Source: Squalus acanthias (Eukaryota). Taken from it: a stretch of DNA of 64,000 nucleotides. Positions 35,316 through 49,443 of this stretch are shown here, in pieces. The number at the start of each line of letters is the position of its first letter. The stretch's first letter is position 1. Below the pieces are notes generated by a model, which worked only from the letters and a program-made list of their open reading frames with translations, made no database searches and was not told the DNA's origin. The translations under genes were made by a program, and so were the position numbers. Location: contig CM059431.1 of NCBI GenBank assembly GCA_030390025.1, positions 121,770,001 through 121,834,000 on the forward strand, in the 5' to 3' direction.

Positions 35316-36185
35316 TTCTAATGCAGCTTTTTTACATGAAGAGCAGGCCAACTTGTATCTGATGTGCCCAAATGGAGCTCAGCTTTGCTAAACATCAGAT
35401 TCAGAATTTGGTTCAGCACGCAACGTTACATAATTGTGCTCAAGGATGAACTGCCGCACAGTTCTCAGAAAGTTGCCCACATCCTTGTTTGTTGCGTGTT
35501 ATACATCATTGCTGCCTGATGTGGACTTAAAACTGAATTGGATGAGGCAAGGTCAAATCCTGATAGCAATAATGAAGTATATGAAATACATTTGCAGATC
35601 ATTGCAAGTTTATCCCCTCATTTCACTAAGACTGTGCAGCCTGAACTAATAAGATATTCATTCACATAATTGGAAACTTGTTAATTTTCTTTTTAATTTG
35701 CCCTTGTCAAATTAAATTAGTCACAAATCAAAGTCATTATTAAAGCATATTTAATATATGAAAGACAACAGGATTTACTTTGTATAGGATTTGGGAAGTG
35801 GGCATAGTGGGGAGTACTGTTACATATTTGGATCTTTTCTACTTTTGCTTTAATCTAGATTATCAACTTTTGTGCCTCTATTCACTTTCATAGATGAGTC
35901 TCAACTATACCTTCGAGAGTGTCTTCACCAATCCTGATATACGAACATATGAAAATGACGGGCAGGAAAACACCATCTGGTTCATCAACTCTGCCCAAAG
36001 CCAATGATTAGAAGTCCCCTACCCACCAGTAATCTCCTGGGAGAGGCAAACAATCAGATAAAGACCCAAGGCCATTTGGAGAAAAAAGTCTGGAAAATTC
36101 CTCTTTGCTGATCAAAAATTGATCCAGGAGACCACATTGTCCATGCTGTTATTGTCTAGTATTGCAGCTACCTTTTCGAAGAAGT

Positions 36186-36860
36186 GGGGGGAAAAATTGG
36201 GTTGCGCCCCCTTTGGGGGGCTAACTTTGCCGGGGCCAAAATTCACCGGTAGCGCTCCAAGAGGGAGGCGGGGTACTACTGGAAGTGCCCCGCCTCCCTC
36301 TTGGGGTGCTGCGAGTGACTATCGCGGCGCTACATGCAGCGGTACTGCAGGCCTTCCTCCCCTTATTAAAGGGGAGGGGCCTAGCACAGCACGACCCAGG
36401 GCCCAGCTAGGCCACCAGGGATCGGAGTGCCGGCAAAAAAGCCCAGCACGCAAGAGAAGTGCCGGGCTTACGGAGCGCAGCCAGCACCCTGCGGGGGGGG
36501 TGGGGGGGGGGGTGGCTGCACAGAAGGCCGGGGACAGCAACGGGGGCAGTAGCTGGCAGGTGGCCAGCAACAAAAATGACCGCCCAGCACCTCCCCTTTA
36601 ATTTGCGCCTCCCGGCCGCAGGTAGGCCCCCCTGACCCCGGACATAGCTGGGGCGCGAGCGGGGCGCTGTGCACAGTGATGACTTCATCGCCGGCGGTGC
36701 AGAGCAGCGGGATGCTAATGGTTACCGCCGCCGCTAACCTCCCGCTGAATTTCGCAGGAGGCATTGGCGGCGCCACGCCCAGGCGCTAGTTGTTTTGCGC
36801 CCTGTTAACGCCCTCTTAGGGCGCTAATGGGAGGCACAAATCAACTGAATTTTTAGGCCG
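36186..36860. mobile_element. Non-autonomous Harbinger (MITE)
   Basis: Ends GGGGGAAAAATT...AATTTTTAGGCC; subterminal sequences resemble 53010-57374. Confidence 0.7.
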
Positions 36861-36874
36861 TAATCTCTGTCCCA

Positions 36875-37985
36875 GAAACAGAAAATGCTGGAAATACTAA
36901 GCAGATCAGGCTGCATACGTGGAGAGAGAAACAGAGTTAACATTTCAGGTTGACAACCTTTTGTCAGAACTGGAAAAGGTTAGTGGTGTTACAGGTTTTT
37001 AAGCAAGTGCAGAGGCATGGAAAGGGGTGAGGGGAGGAAAGAACAAAATGGAAGGTCTGTGATAGGGCGGAAGGCAGGAGAGATTAAATGACAAAAGGTA
37101 TGATTGTACAAAGCAAAAGGAGATGGTAATGGGACAAATAAAGAAACAAAAGATGAGTCTAGAAGAGGTGTAAACGGGAATAACAGAATCATCAACAGCT
37201 GCCATCTGAAAAAATGGGGGCAGAGGTTATGATCTGAAATTGTTGAACTCAATGTTGAGTCCAGAAGGCTGTAGAGTACCTAATCGAAAGATGAGGTGCT
37301 ATTCCTCGAGCTTACGTTAAGCTTCATTGGAACAGTGTAAGAGGCCGAGAACAGAGAGGTAGGAGTGGGAGTGGAATGGAGAATTAAAGCGACTAGCGAC
37401 CGGAATCTCAGGGTCAAGCTTGCGGACTGAACGGAGGTGTTCCGCAACATGGTCACTCAATCCGCGTTTGGTCTCCCCAATGTAGAGGAGACCGCATCGT
37501 GAGCAGCGAATACAGTACACTAAATTGCAAGAACTACAAGTAAATCACTGTTTCACCTGGAAGGAGTGTTTGTGGCCCTGGACAGTGGGAAGGGAGGAGG
37601 TAAAAGGGCAGGTATTGCCTCTCTTGCACTTGCAGGGGAAAGTTCCATGGGAAGGGGAGGGGGGTATTGGGTGTGATTGAGAAGTGGACCAGGGTGTCGC
37701 AGAGGGAATGGTCCCTTCGGAATGCTGAAAGGGGAGGGGAGAGGAAGATGTGTTTGGTGGTGGGATCACGCTGGAAGTGACGGAAATGGCAGAGGATGAT
37801 CTGTTGAATGTGGAGGCTGGTGTGTTGAAAGGTGAGGACAAGGGGAACCCTATCGTGGTTCTGGGAGGGAGGGGAAGGGGTGAGAGCAGAGGTGTGGGAA
37901 ATGGAATGGACACGGTCGAGGGCCATGTCAACTACGGTAGTGGGGAATCTTCGGCTGAGGAAAAAGGAAGACATATCGGAAGCAT
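36875..37985 (-). mobile_element. Penelope-like retroelement 3' portion (GIY-YIG endonuclease pseudogene plus 3' repeat)
   Basis: YCIRCSRCGLLYIGETKR and RVPLVLTF; degenerate hammerhead-like core at about 36935-36967. Confidence 0.88.
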
Positions 37986-38289
37986 TTTTGTAAAGTTTTG
38001 TAAAGATTTTTTAAGCTGGTAATCATTCTCGTGGTCCACCTCTGAGCTTTTTCCATAGCCTCTACATCACCCACCCATATCTAGGCAAGCTTTCGGTTAT
38101 GTACCCAGAATACCAAACAGGACAAACTTTTAGTTCTACCTATAATAAGGATGCAGCCCCAACACTGGACAATTTTCCTTGGTAAGATCATTTGTAATTC
38201 CTCAGTTAATGAAGCAGTCCATGCCCACATGCAGCAAGACCTGGATGACATTCAGTCTTGGGCTGATAAGTGGCAAGTAATCATTGTGC

Positions 38290-40850
38290 CAACCTTCGAT
38301 ATGGATCATCCACTTGGCACTTCTGGTTGAAAATGGTTGCAAATGCTTCAGCCTTGTCTTTTGCAATCGTGTGCTGGGCACCGCCATCATTGAGGATGGG
38401 AATATTCATGGAGCCTCCTTCTCCGGTCAGTTGTTTAATTGTCCACCACCATTCATGACTGGATGTGGCAGGACTGCAGAATTTTGATCTGATCCCTTAA
38501 TTGTGGGATCGCTTAGCTCTGTCTATGGCATGCTGCTTCCGTTGTTTATCATACAACAACAACAAAAACAACTTGTATTTATATAGTGCCTTTAACGTAG
38601 TAAAATGTCCCAAGGCGCTTCACAGGTGTATTATTAGACAAAACATTTGACACCGAGCCACATAAGGTGAAATTAGGGCAGGTGACCAAAACATTGGTCA
38701 AAGAGGTAGGTTTTAAGGAGCGTTTTAAAAGCGGAAAGAGAGGTAGAGAGGCGGAGAGGTTTAGGCAGGGAATTCCAGAGCTTAGGGCCTAGGCAACAGA
38801 AACATGGCCGCCAATAGTTGAGCGTTTATAATCAGGGATGCTCAAGAGGGCAGAATTAGAGGAGCGCAGATATCTCGGGGAGTTGTGAGGCTGAAGGATA
38901 TTAAAGAGATTGGGCGGGGCGAAGCCATGGAGGGATTTGAAAACAAGGATGAGAATTTTGAAATTGAGGCATTGCTTATCCAGGAGCCAATGTAGGTCAG
39001 CAAGCACGGGGTGATGGGCGAACAGGACTTCGTGCGAGTTATGACATGGGCAGCCGAGTTTTGGATGACCTCAAGTTTACATAGGGTAGAATGTGGGAGT
39101 TCAGCCAAGTCAAGTCTAGAGGTAACAAAGACGTGGATGATGGTTTCAACAGCGGATGAGCTGCAGCAAGGGCGGAGACGGGCGATGTTACGAAGGTGGA
39201 AATAGGCGGTCTTTTTTATGCTGCGGATATGTGGTCGGAAGCTCATTTCAGGGTCAAGTATGACACCAAGGTTGCGAACAGTGTGGTTCAGGCTCATACT
39301 GATGTTAGTGAGAGGGATGGAGTCAGTGGCTAGGGAACTGTGTTTGTGGCAGGGAACGAAAACAATGACTTCGGTCTTCCCAATATTTAATTGGAGAAAA
39401 TTTCTGCTCATCCAGAACTGGATGTCAGACAAGCAGTCTAACAATTTAGAGACCGTGGAGGGGTCGAAAGAAGTGGTGGTGAGGTAGAGCTGGGTGTCAT
39501 TAGTGTACATGTGGAAACTGACGCTGTGTTTTCGGATGATGTCGCCAAGGTGCACCATGTAGATGAGAAATAGGAGGAGGCCAAGGATAGATTATTGGGG
39601 GACACCAGAGGTAATGATGCGGGAGCGGGAAGAGAAGTCGTTGCAGGTGATTGTCTGGTTATGATTAGATAGATAAGAATGGAACCAGGCGAGTGCAGTC
39701 CCACCCAGCTGGAGGACAGTGGAGAGGTGTTGGAGAAGGATGGAGTGGTCAACCGTGTCAAAGGCTGCCGACAAGTCAAGAAGGACAAGGAGGGATAGTT
39801 TACCTTTGTCACAGTCACAAAGGATGTCATTTGTGACTTTGATGAGAGCCGTTTTGGTACTGTGGCAAGGGCGGAAACCTGATTGGAGGGATTCAAACAT
39901 GGAGTTGCGGGAAAGGTGAGCATGGATTTGGAAGTCATGTAGTAATGTTGCAGCTTGCCCAAGTTGGCACCTCATTTTTAGGTACCCCTGGTGCTGCTCC
40001 TGGCATGCCCTTCTGCACTCCTCATTAAACCAGGGTTGGTCCCCTGGCTTGATGGGAATGGTACAGTGAGGGATATGCTGGGCCATGAGGTTACAGATTG
40101 TGGTGGAATACAATTCTGCTGCTGCTGATGGCCCACAGTGCCTCATGGATGCCCAGTTTTGAGCTGCTAGATCTGTTCTGAATCTATTCCTTTTAGCATG
40201 GTGGTAGTTGCATACAACACAATGGAGGGTGTCCTCAGTGTGAAGATGGGACTTCATCTCCACAAGGACAGTGCTGTGGTCACTGCTACCAATGTTGTCA
40301 TGGACAAATGCATCTGTGACAGGTAGATTGGTGAGGATGAGGTCAAGTAGGTTTTTCCCTCGTGTTGGTTCACTCACCACCTGTGTCGCAGGCCCAGTCT
40401 GGCAGCTACGTCTTTCAGGACTTGGCCAGCTCGGTCAGTAGTGGTGCTACCGAGCCACACTTGGTAATGGACATTGTGCTCTTGCTACCCTCAGTGCTTC
40501 TTCCAAGTCGTGTTCAACATGTTGAGTGAGGGCAGTAGGTGGTAATCAGCAAGAGGTTTCCTTGCCCATGCTTGACCTGAAGCCATGAGACTTCACTGGG
40601 TCCGGAGTCAATGTTGAGGGCTCCCAGGGTCACTGCCTCCCGACTGTATACCACTGTACTGCCACCTCTGGTGGGGCTGTCCTGCCGGTGGGATAGGACA
40701 TACGCAGGGATGCTGATGGAGGAGTCTGCGACCTTGGCTGAAAGATATGATTCTGTGAGTATGACTATGCCAGGCTGTTGCTTAACTATTCTGTGGGACA
40801 GTGCTCCCAATTTTGGCACAAGTCACCAGATGTAAGTCAGGAGGACTTTC
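38290..40850 (-). mobile_element. Non-LTR retrotransposon with APE endonuclease (CR1-group), split by the L2 insertion
   Basis: IVILTESYL, RQDSPTRGGSTVVY, PTRGKNLLDLILTN, GSSDHSTV and PWFNEEC; continues at 38290-38552. Confidence 0.8.
38553..39940 (-). mobile_element. L2 LINE 3' portion nested in another LINE
   Basis: QSGFRPCHSTKTAL, LLDLSAAFDTVDH, HMYTNDTQLY and LADLHWL; (GTT)n tail. Confidence 0.9.
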
Positions 40851-41579
40851 CAGGGTCGACTGGGCTGGGTGTGCTGTTGTTCTGTCTGAAGCCGGTGCAT
40901 AGGTTGATGCCAGGTGTTCTGTCCGAATTTATTCTTATTATTGTTTTTTGTAGCAGTTTGTTACAACTGAGTGGCTTGCTTGGCCATTTCAGAGGGCAGT
41001 TAGCGTCAACCACATTGCTGTGGGTCTGGAGTCACATATAGGCCAGGCCAGGTAAGGACGGCAGATTTCCTTCCCTAAAGGACATTAGTGAATTTACGAC
41101 AATCCAATAGTTTCATGGTCACTATTACTGATACTAGCTTTTTATTCCAGATTCATTTAAGTAACTGAATTTAAAGTGATAATAACAAGTAAGCTCACAT
41201 TTTTCACGCATAGAAATTTTTTGTATTACTTTAGCTTTATTTAAACTATTTCGGTCTATTCTTTTGCATACTGAAGAGCAAAAGCATTTTTCCAAACAGG
41301 AAAAGACCAAACCCTCCCTTCCCACTACAATTCCACACCAACCTTCTCCACAATCAACTAATGCTGCACTGTACACAGGGCATCATCACCCATGCACATT
41401 GCTGCCTGGGAGGCCAGGGATGGCCTCACCATGGCAATATTTACTTCACTTAACACTGTACACCCAGGCTGCCACATGATGCACCAGGTTGGCACCACCC
41501 CACACCAGCACCATAAAGCAGCCCTATAATGTCCAAGCCATTCCTTTCACACTCATCACCATTGGGGGTGGGAGACAAT

Positions 41580-41841
41580 GGGCTGGATTTTGTCTTGGGG
41601 TCGGGTTGGGGTCATGTCATCCGCATTTCGTGTGTCCCCCCTGACTCCAGATGAATGTGGATGAATGATGCAATTTTCACTATATTGGGCAATTGAGTTC
41701 CAGCATGTGGGAACCCCTGAACTAATTAGTGGTTTCAGTCTGAAAGTCGCCTCTGATGATGTCATCATTGCTGACTGCCTGGTCTCAGAGACTGTCTGGC
41801 TGTTGGTGAGAGAGGACCTGCCTGAGATCTGGATGTGAAAG

Positions 41842-41878
<37 letters not shown>

Positions 41879-42320
41879 TTTTTGCATCCAAGTCCATGCA
41901 GCCTCTGAAGACATTCAATGCAGCAGCATCAGAGGCGACTTTCACACCTAATACTACTACTACCTTCATCACATCTCCGTTGTAATGGTGGACCTGCAGC
42001 TGATAGTCAGCTATCCACTTGTGGTCCCGCCAGGTTTCACTGGAGTGTTTCACATCAGGCGTACTTCACGTCAGAAAAGGGTTAAACTAGCTAAAACGTT
42101 TCAAAATGGCATTACAGAGCCAATTTAGGGCTTGTTAAGGGCTTTAATGGCTTCTCCCGCCTCTTGGAGGTGGGACGAAGTCGGGAACCCCGTGACTGAT
42201 TTTGTCAAAATTGCGTGGAGGCGGGATGGAGTTGGGATGGGGTCAGGACCCCCGACCCCGCAAATTTAACCCCCCACACGCCTCCAAACCCGACTCCATG
42301 GGTCATTCAAAATCCAGCCC
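41580..42320. mobile_element. Harbinger-type MITE inserted in an older Harbinger-derived repeat
   Basis: TIRs GGGCTGGATTTTG and CAAAATCCAGCCC; the joined flanks match 62250-62640. Confidence 0.8.
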
Positions 42321-42896
42321 GTTATGTCTCAACATTCACTGGAACTCACTAAGACACTTCCAAAGGTGCGCACAAATCTGTCCAAGAAAATAAAAATGTC
42401 ATTGCTTGACAACACATTAACAGAAACTTTAAACGAACGTTGGCTAAAGCACACAAGTGCCTACCCTTGTGTGTTGTTAGTTTGAATGATTGGACAAGGA
42501 TGAGGGTGAGTGTGAGTGGTGGCTAGTGAGATGGGGAAGTGATAACGTAGACAGATGCGGGGTCCCCACATGCCACGGATGCCGTCTGCCACGGACCCGC
42601 TGAGGTTGGTAAAATTCTGCCCTATCTCTCTACTAATGTAACCCACGGGTTGAATATCTGTGGGAAATCTCCTAATTGTCCATTGTAACTTCAACAGAAG
42701 ATCCATCGAATCCTGGAAAGACAGTGCAAGTGGTTGATTAGGAGAGGCCCACGGAAATTCAACCCTCAATATGTTAATTAACACTTTTTCCTCAACGAAG
42801 CACAAAGCTGACTGGTTCAAGATTCATCCATTATAAATCATAGATCAAGTTTCTGATCAGCACACTTATGTGACAGTCCCATTTAACAGACACCTT

Positions 42897-43732
42897 GGGG
42901 GAAAAATTCAGTCAGTTAGTGCCTCCCATTAGCGCCCCCGGGGGGCGATATTGGGGCGCCAAGGACTTACCGCCCGGGGCGCTATGGGGGCGATGCGCAT
43001 GGCAATGATGTCACGACCTCTGGGCGAAAGAAATCGTGGCGCAAAGTCTTACCGCCACCGCAAACCTCTCACCGAAGTTCGCGGGAGTCGTTTATCTCAC
43101 CGCGGAGAGATAAACGACTCCCGCGAACTTCGGTGAGAGGTTTGCGGTGGCGATAAGACTTTGCGCCATGATCTCTTTCACCCAGAGGTCGTGACATCAT
43201 TGCCGTGCACATCGCCCCCATAGCGCCCCGGACCCGAACTTCGGTTGCGCCCCCTGCAGCATTACCGGCCATGACACCGACAGCTGCAGGAGGCGTTGAT
43301 CGGAAGGCCGGGCGTTTCGGTGGCGAAAGTTAAAGGGGAGGTTGCCGAGGTAAGTAGGAAAATTTCTGAAATGGTTTTGTTCAATTTTTTTTACTGGGCT
43401 GTGATCGATCAGCCCAGCACTCTAATAGGGTGCATGGGACTGATCGGGCTGGATTGCGGCTGCCGTCGGGGACCAGTTAACTGGTCCCAATGCAGAGCCT
43501 GCAGCGATGGCCCTTCCCTTTAAGGGAGGGAAGGAGCCTCGGATGGCGGCAGCACTGCACAACTACCACCCCGCCTGCGTCCTTTAGCGCTCCAGGAAGG
43601 AAGTGGAGTGCTTGATTTAGCGCTCCACTTCCTTCCTGGAGCGCTAAAGCCCAAAAGCTGCGAATCATGGCACTAAGTTTCCCAGCTTTCAAAATTTACC
43701 GCCCCCAAATGGGGTGATAGTGAATTTCTCCC
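42897..43732. mobile_element. Harbinger MITE containing a 258-bp palindrome and a 68-bp hairpin
   Basis: Ends GGGGGAAAAATTC...GAATTTCTCCC; inverted repeats at 42974-43231 and 43582-43649. Confidence 0.75.
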
Positions 43733-44638
43733 TCCATCTCTTTTGCTCCCTTGCTCCTAATTGTTTTACACCTCACTCATAAGCTCTTTCCAACTAGCAA
43801 AGTTTCCATTTATGGTCAACTTTTTGTAGCCTGGTTTTAAGCTGATTATCTATCATAGTTCACACATTAAATTGATTCCTTACCATAGCTATTAATTAAC
43901 AGTACAGAATCCTGTCAAATACTATCTGAAAATCCAAATATATAATATCTACTACATTTCCTTGCTATGATTTAACTAATATTTTTAGTACAGCAGCAAA
44001 TTGGTTAAGAATGACCTTTTCCTGAATCCACACTGACGATCATTTAACATGTTGTTTTTCCAAGCTCCAATTTAATATGCTATAGTAGTATGAAAAATGT
44101 AATGAAAAATCACCATGGGGCCAATTGCACACTCCCAGCAGGGAATAGTGCTCAGGGAGTGAATTGGGGGAAATTATCAGCACACAACCCATGTTAACAT
44201 GTTCTCTTTTAGATGCTGATTATTCCGTTGTGCATTTCCAAAATTTTCTTTTTTTCAAATTTCACATTTCCAGCATAATGGTCCTGTTTTATCTCTACTA
44301 TATGAGGAAAGTTAATCAGGTAAATACATTAAGCCTCAAGTTACATTCCATAACTAGCCCATGACTCATCCTGTAATAAACAAATTGCACCCTCACTGTC
44401 TGCATCAGTGAAGAATACATTCTACAATGCGGTACAAATGACTGTCTCCATAATTAATGTATACCAATTGCTCTCCAGTAACATTGCTCATGGACAAAAA
44501 AATGTTTTATATGAATACATTTACAGACATAAACTTGATGCAATAAACTCTGGGAATTAGACTTTCTGGCTCTGAAACTCTGCTGGAAATTGATTTACTA
44601 TATTTGGTTTATGCCCGAGTTAAGCATATGAATACATT

Positions 44639-45384
44639 GGCCTCGATATTAACCCCCCCATGACAGGTGGGAGAGGATCAGCTGGGGGGTTTAAAGAGTT
44701 AAATACGGGGAACGTGCCGCCAACATGCCAAGCCCACCGCCTTTTTTTATGGCGGTGGATATCGGGCGTCTGAATTTCCCACCGTGGAGAGGTGGTACAC
44801 TTAATTAACATGTTTTAATAGGACTCCGACTGTGCAATTGGGAGCCCAATTTAAAATTTACTGCTGCTGCGTGGGTTTCCCAGTGATCGGGAAACCCGGC
44901 AGTGAAAGGGAGGCAGGAGTTTCCAGCTCCACAAGGTAGGTGCCTTTCTCAGTAATCCTTGTGGGCCAGGAGGAGCAGGAGTTTTTTCCCCAGCCGCTCA
45001 AGGAAGCCATCGGCCTCCCCCAGCCCCGATTGCTAGACTCCCCCCAACCCAGCCTTCCCGAGTGCCGAGCTCCCCCCCCCCCCCCCCACCCTACCGCTCA
45101 CAGACTCTCTGCCCCCCTCCCGATTGCGGGCTCTCTGCCCCCCTCCCGATTGCTGGCAACTGTCCCCAAGGTTCCCTGGCTGTGACTTCCTGCTGCTGGT
45201 GTTCCCTCCCAGCTGCCAGCCAAGCTGTCCTTTACCTGACTATCAGGCGGGAAAGAGACTAAAAAATGTTAATGAGGTCCTGCCCGTAAGTTCGGCAGGA
45301 CCTCCGTGTCCCCGGGCTCACTGGGTTCTTTGGCATTTTTCAGCCTCCCCCACACCCTCCCCGCATCCCTGTAAATATCGGGGC
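44639..45384. mobile_element. Harbinger-type MITE
   Basis: Imperfect TIRs GGCCTCGATATT...AATATCGGGGC. Confidence 0.6.
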
Positions 45385-48300
45385 AGTGTGTCTGAAATGA
45401 CATGCATGACTGCGTGACATGTGTGACCAAAATCAACCTAAAGTCAGTTTGCAACAGCCACAAGATTTCTGTAAAAACATGTAGAGCACCTTATTGTAAG
45501 GAGAATGAAAGTTTACCTACCTTGCAGGGTCCTCTTCATTTTTTGTATGATATGTACACTCCACACGCTGTGAGTATTTAGCCTTGATTTTGAGGTTCGG
45601 ATGAAACCATGCGATGAGTATGCATGCACAAAAGTCTTCATTACTTTGCAGATAGAAGGATGCCACATAGGGGCAGGTGGTAATTTCCCAAGAACAAGCT
45701 GGCACCTTGACCATCACCAATGCATATGAGAAAAGTCATGTGCCGTCCATCTGCCACCAGCACTATTCCAAACATTACCCCCAGTGTCGACAAATCCTGC
45801 ATCATATGAAGCTCAAGAAGGCTGTTCAGTTTGATCTTCGGAAAACTGAAACATCCATGTGAATTTTGTCCTCCCTGAATTCCTCAAGGAATATATTGGG
45901 GTGAACGAATAGCTTGTGGGTGACATGGCATAACCCTTGCTGCTATGAATAATGACCCCTAAGAGTTGCAAGAATAGCAGTTGAGGAGCTGTACAACGAG
46001 GCATATATCTCGACCAGAGTCGTCATTGAGAGTACAATAGGGGTCTTAAAGTAATGTGTCACTGCCTTGACAGAACAGGAAGGGCTCTGCAATTTGCTCC
46101 CTAATGTGCTTTTCACATAGTTGCAGCTTGCTGTGCCCTGCATAACTTTTCCATCCAAAAAATAAAATCAATGTAGATTCCTGGGCAGGTGACCTTAGCT
46201 GCTTTGGAGGCAGAAGGACATGGAGTGGAGCATCATGAGGACCATCACTCAGAGGACTCCTCAGTGATGATTGCAAGGGGCATCAGGACTCAAATCATCA
46301 ATCTCCTCACTTAACACACTCTACCATTGTCACTACTGACATAACTCTTCCTCCCCCACCTTTAGAAACTTAAAAAATCCTGCCAACCAGTGCATGTCTT
46401 AGAACATCACATCACATCACATCAGACCTCTTTAATTCTACATGACCATGCAAGTCTAAATAATCGTATTTAATTAGTGAGAATGAGATAAGCACATGTT
46501 TTCCTGTTCGTCTCTAATTTCCATGAACAACAGAGCATGAAGTAAGTGCACTCTCTCCTTTAATGCAAAACACTCTAAAGTAAATATAAGCCATCCACTC
46601 CTTTTTCACACTTTGTTTTCCCTAGTTGTCTAAATGTGCCTTCCTTTCTCCTAGTGTTTCTCCGTGGACCAGTATTGTAAGAGGTGTTTGGTTGCTCTTG
46701 TGTCACAAAAGGCTCATGGGACTAAGGTGGCCCTCCTATCATGGCAGCTTGACTCTGGGAGGGAGCCACTGCAACACTGGAAGCCTCTGCCTGAGAAGCC
46801 TGGTGTCACCTTCCATGTGCTACTTGTGTGATGCTAGCTGGAGCAAGACCGGATACCTGGCCTGTGTTGCTGTCTTGACAATCAGCAGCCTCATACAGGT
46901 CTACTCCTGTGGTGTCCATTCTACCGGCCTCTAGATTTGTGTCACAACTGACCAGCAGGCTAGCTGATCTCAGGGCAGCTGGCATATTATGAAAACTCTG
47001 GGAGACAATGCCCTGGAATCCTGGTCTCCAGGGTTTGAAAGCTAGTATGCCAGATACTGTCTAAGCTGTGCACTACTAACACCCGGTCATGAATGTATCA
47101 CTCATGTGATGATTGCTGACATAGTTACTGATAAATTACTGTAGCAAATAATTAATTGTGAGTCTTTTGAATAAATTTTAAAAGATATCCATAATTTTCA
47201 GCTTGATTATGACCCATAAATGTGTACAATTGGGGTGCAAAAGAATGAAAATGTGGGCAGAGATGAATTGTGTCAGTTCTCCAGTCATTATGTTCATGAT
47301 TTGCCTTTCTTGTGGGTATTTTTAGTGCTGCAATTTCCACAACTTTACCATCCAGCAAGGCATCGATATGTACTACTCAGAAGTGGAAGGCAATGAACAG
47401 CAGCAAGGACACTATCTAGATAAGCAGGAGGAACTGAAGATGCAGCTGATGAATCACATATTCCAGCTGCTAGAGAGGTTCATCAGATTCTTATTGAGGA
47501 GATATTCTGCTAACCATCCATGCACCCATTGCATCAACAGTCCTCAGGGTGGTCAGATGTGTTGATATCCTGAGAGACAATCATCTGTGTCCACTCCATC
47601 AATCTCCCTGCTGCTGAGCACTGCCACACCATGCCAACTGATGTGCATGACAGCAGACTTAGTGGCAACAATGAGACTGTTGAAGCACAGAGCAAATGCT
47701 TTCGTCATGCAATTCTCCAAGCTGGAAGAGAAAGTCTGTTGCACACGGGGGCCCATGGCTTTTGGCAGCAGTTTGAGCATTCATGCGAAACACCATGACT
47801 GGCCTTAAGGCTCTGTGACGGGGGCTCCAGTACAGATGTCCCTAGAAGCAAATAGTGGACTCATCCACACCAGCCATTATCTGTTGCTTGGCGCAGTTTC
47901 CAATAACTGCACCAATCTTTGATTCTTGGAATGCTGTCTTTTTTTAAAAGCAGATCTGCTAACGTCCAGATCCGTGACCTCATCAGCTGAGGTTGACATG
48001 AGCTGGTTCTCCAATCAGCAGGTTCCTGTTCCTCTTCTGTCACCACCAGCTGCTCTTGTGCATGAGTGCTCTGTGTATCACCCAGTGCAGCCTCCTCTAC
48101 CTCTGTCTCAAAGCTCCCTGGGGCAAATGTGCTTGAGGCGGTGCTTTGAAGGGTTAGAGAGAGTTCATCTACATGCTGGGAGTTGCTGCCTTGCTCAGTG
48201 TACTGGGCCCTGACTCGTCTTTCAGTAGCAACCGAAAGAAAAAGCAAATAAATATATATTACGTACTATCTTTATCAGGACCTTCAGCAGAATGAGTAAC

Positions 48301-48782
48301 ATGATAATGTTGTTCAGGTAGTGTTTTGGTACCAGTGAATGAGTGAGTAAGTGAATGAATAGGATGAGAAGAAAGAGCAGAATAAGGCTCGTACCAACTC
48401 TGAACTAGGTCAGATTTCTTACTTTCCCATCCTGACTTCCTCATGGTATCTCTTTCCATTATCTCCAGGGTTGCCTCCTCAAGCAGGGTAAGAGGAGATA
48501 CCTCAAGGGCCCTTCTCCTGTGTGTGGGTTCTTCCCCCACTTGTTAGAAGCTGTTTTCTGATGGAAACAGAGTTGAAGAGATGACAAATTGAAACTGCCA
48601 TTATGCAGCCCACAGTGACTGTGGTTACATGTACATGCATCATACAGCTACACTACATGGAAGGATTTGTTTGGGGGAAATGCATTTAAGGAATTGAGAG
48701 AATCAACTATATGATGATTTAACTTTTCAGGTGTTGACCCTTCATAAAAAAAATCCACACCTGAAAGGTTAACTCATCTGTT

Positions 48783-49443
48783 TGTTATGGAGTGGATGTA
48801 TTAACTTATACATTTACAAGTTATTCCACCAGATAATAGGGTTCAACAGCATTTATTGGCTTTCATAGGAATTAAGCATACAATGATAATGATTATTACC
48901 AATAATCACACATGTACAATGAAAATGATTATTAATAATAATTACACATATACTTAGGGTAACACTTACGGTACATGGTACCGGAGAATTCACCACGTCA
49001 CAGGTTTCGAGCTTGCTTGACGGTTTAACAGCTGGCCAAGCCTTGTTGAATTCTGAAGTATCCATTTTAACACACCTCTTTTTATACCTTTCTTTCACTA
49101 TGGTTACATGAGAATTTGCATGTTTCAAAGTATTATCTCATCCAATACAAAAGCAAAAGCAAAGGTATTATCTCATCCAATTAGCTGGACTTCAGTTTTA
49201 ACAAGAACCAGTCCCTAATTTTCCAGATCTATGCCAGGTGCCTTTGCATGGCTAGAGCTAATGAAGTTTGTTGCGTTGCTGAATCTCTAATCAGCAAAGA
49301 CTGTCCCTGCTTGTTCTGTCCCTGTGCAGTAAATTATCAGCTAAAGCTCTCGGACTGAAATTCCTTTAAATTAAACTGTCTTTTTAACAGAAACTTACTT
49401 AACAGGCAAAAGCTAAAAGTTAAGAATTATTTGTTTCCTTACA
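48783..49443 (-). mobile_element. Solo LTR of a second family (661 bp), inserted in a Penelope-derived repeat
   Basis: TG...CA ends; TGTT TSD at 48779-48782 and 49444-49447; minus-strand TATAAA (~49080) upstream of AATAAA (~48852); the flanks rejoin as a PLE-type 3' repeat. Confidence 0.7.

Noticed and set aside
39592..40380. 262-aa ORF as a single LINE protein
   Set aside because: Chance in-frame fusion across the junction of two different LINEs at about 39940.
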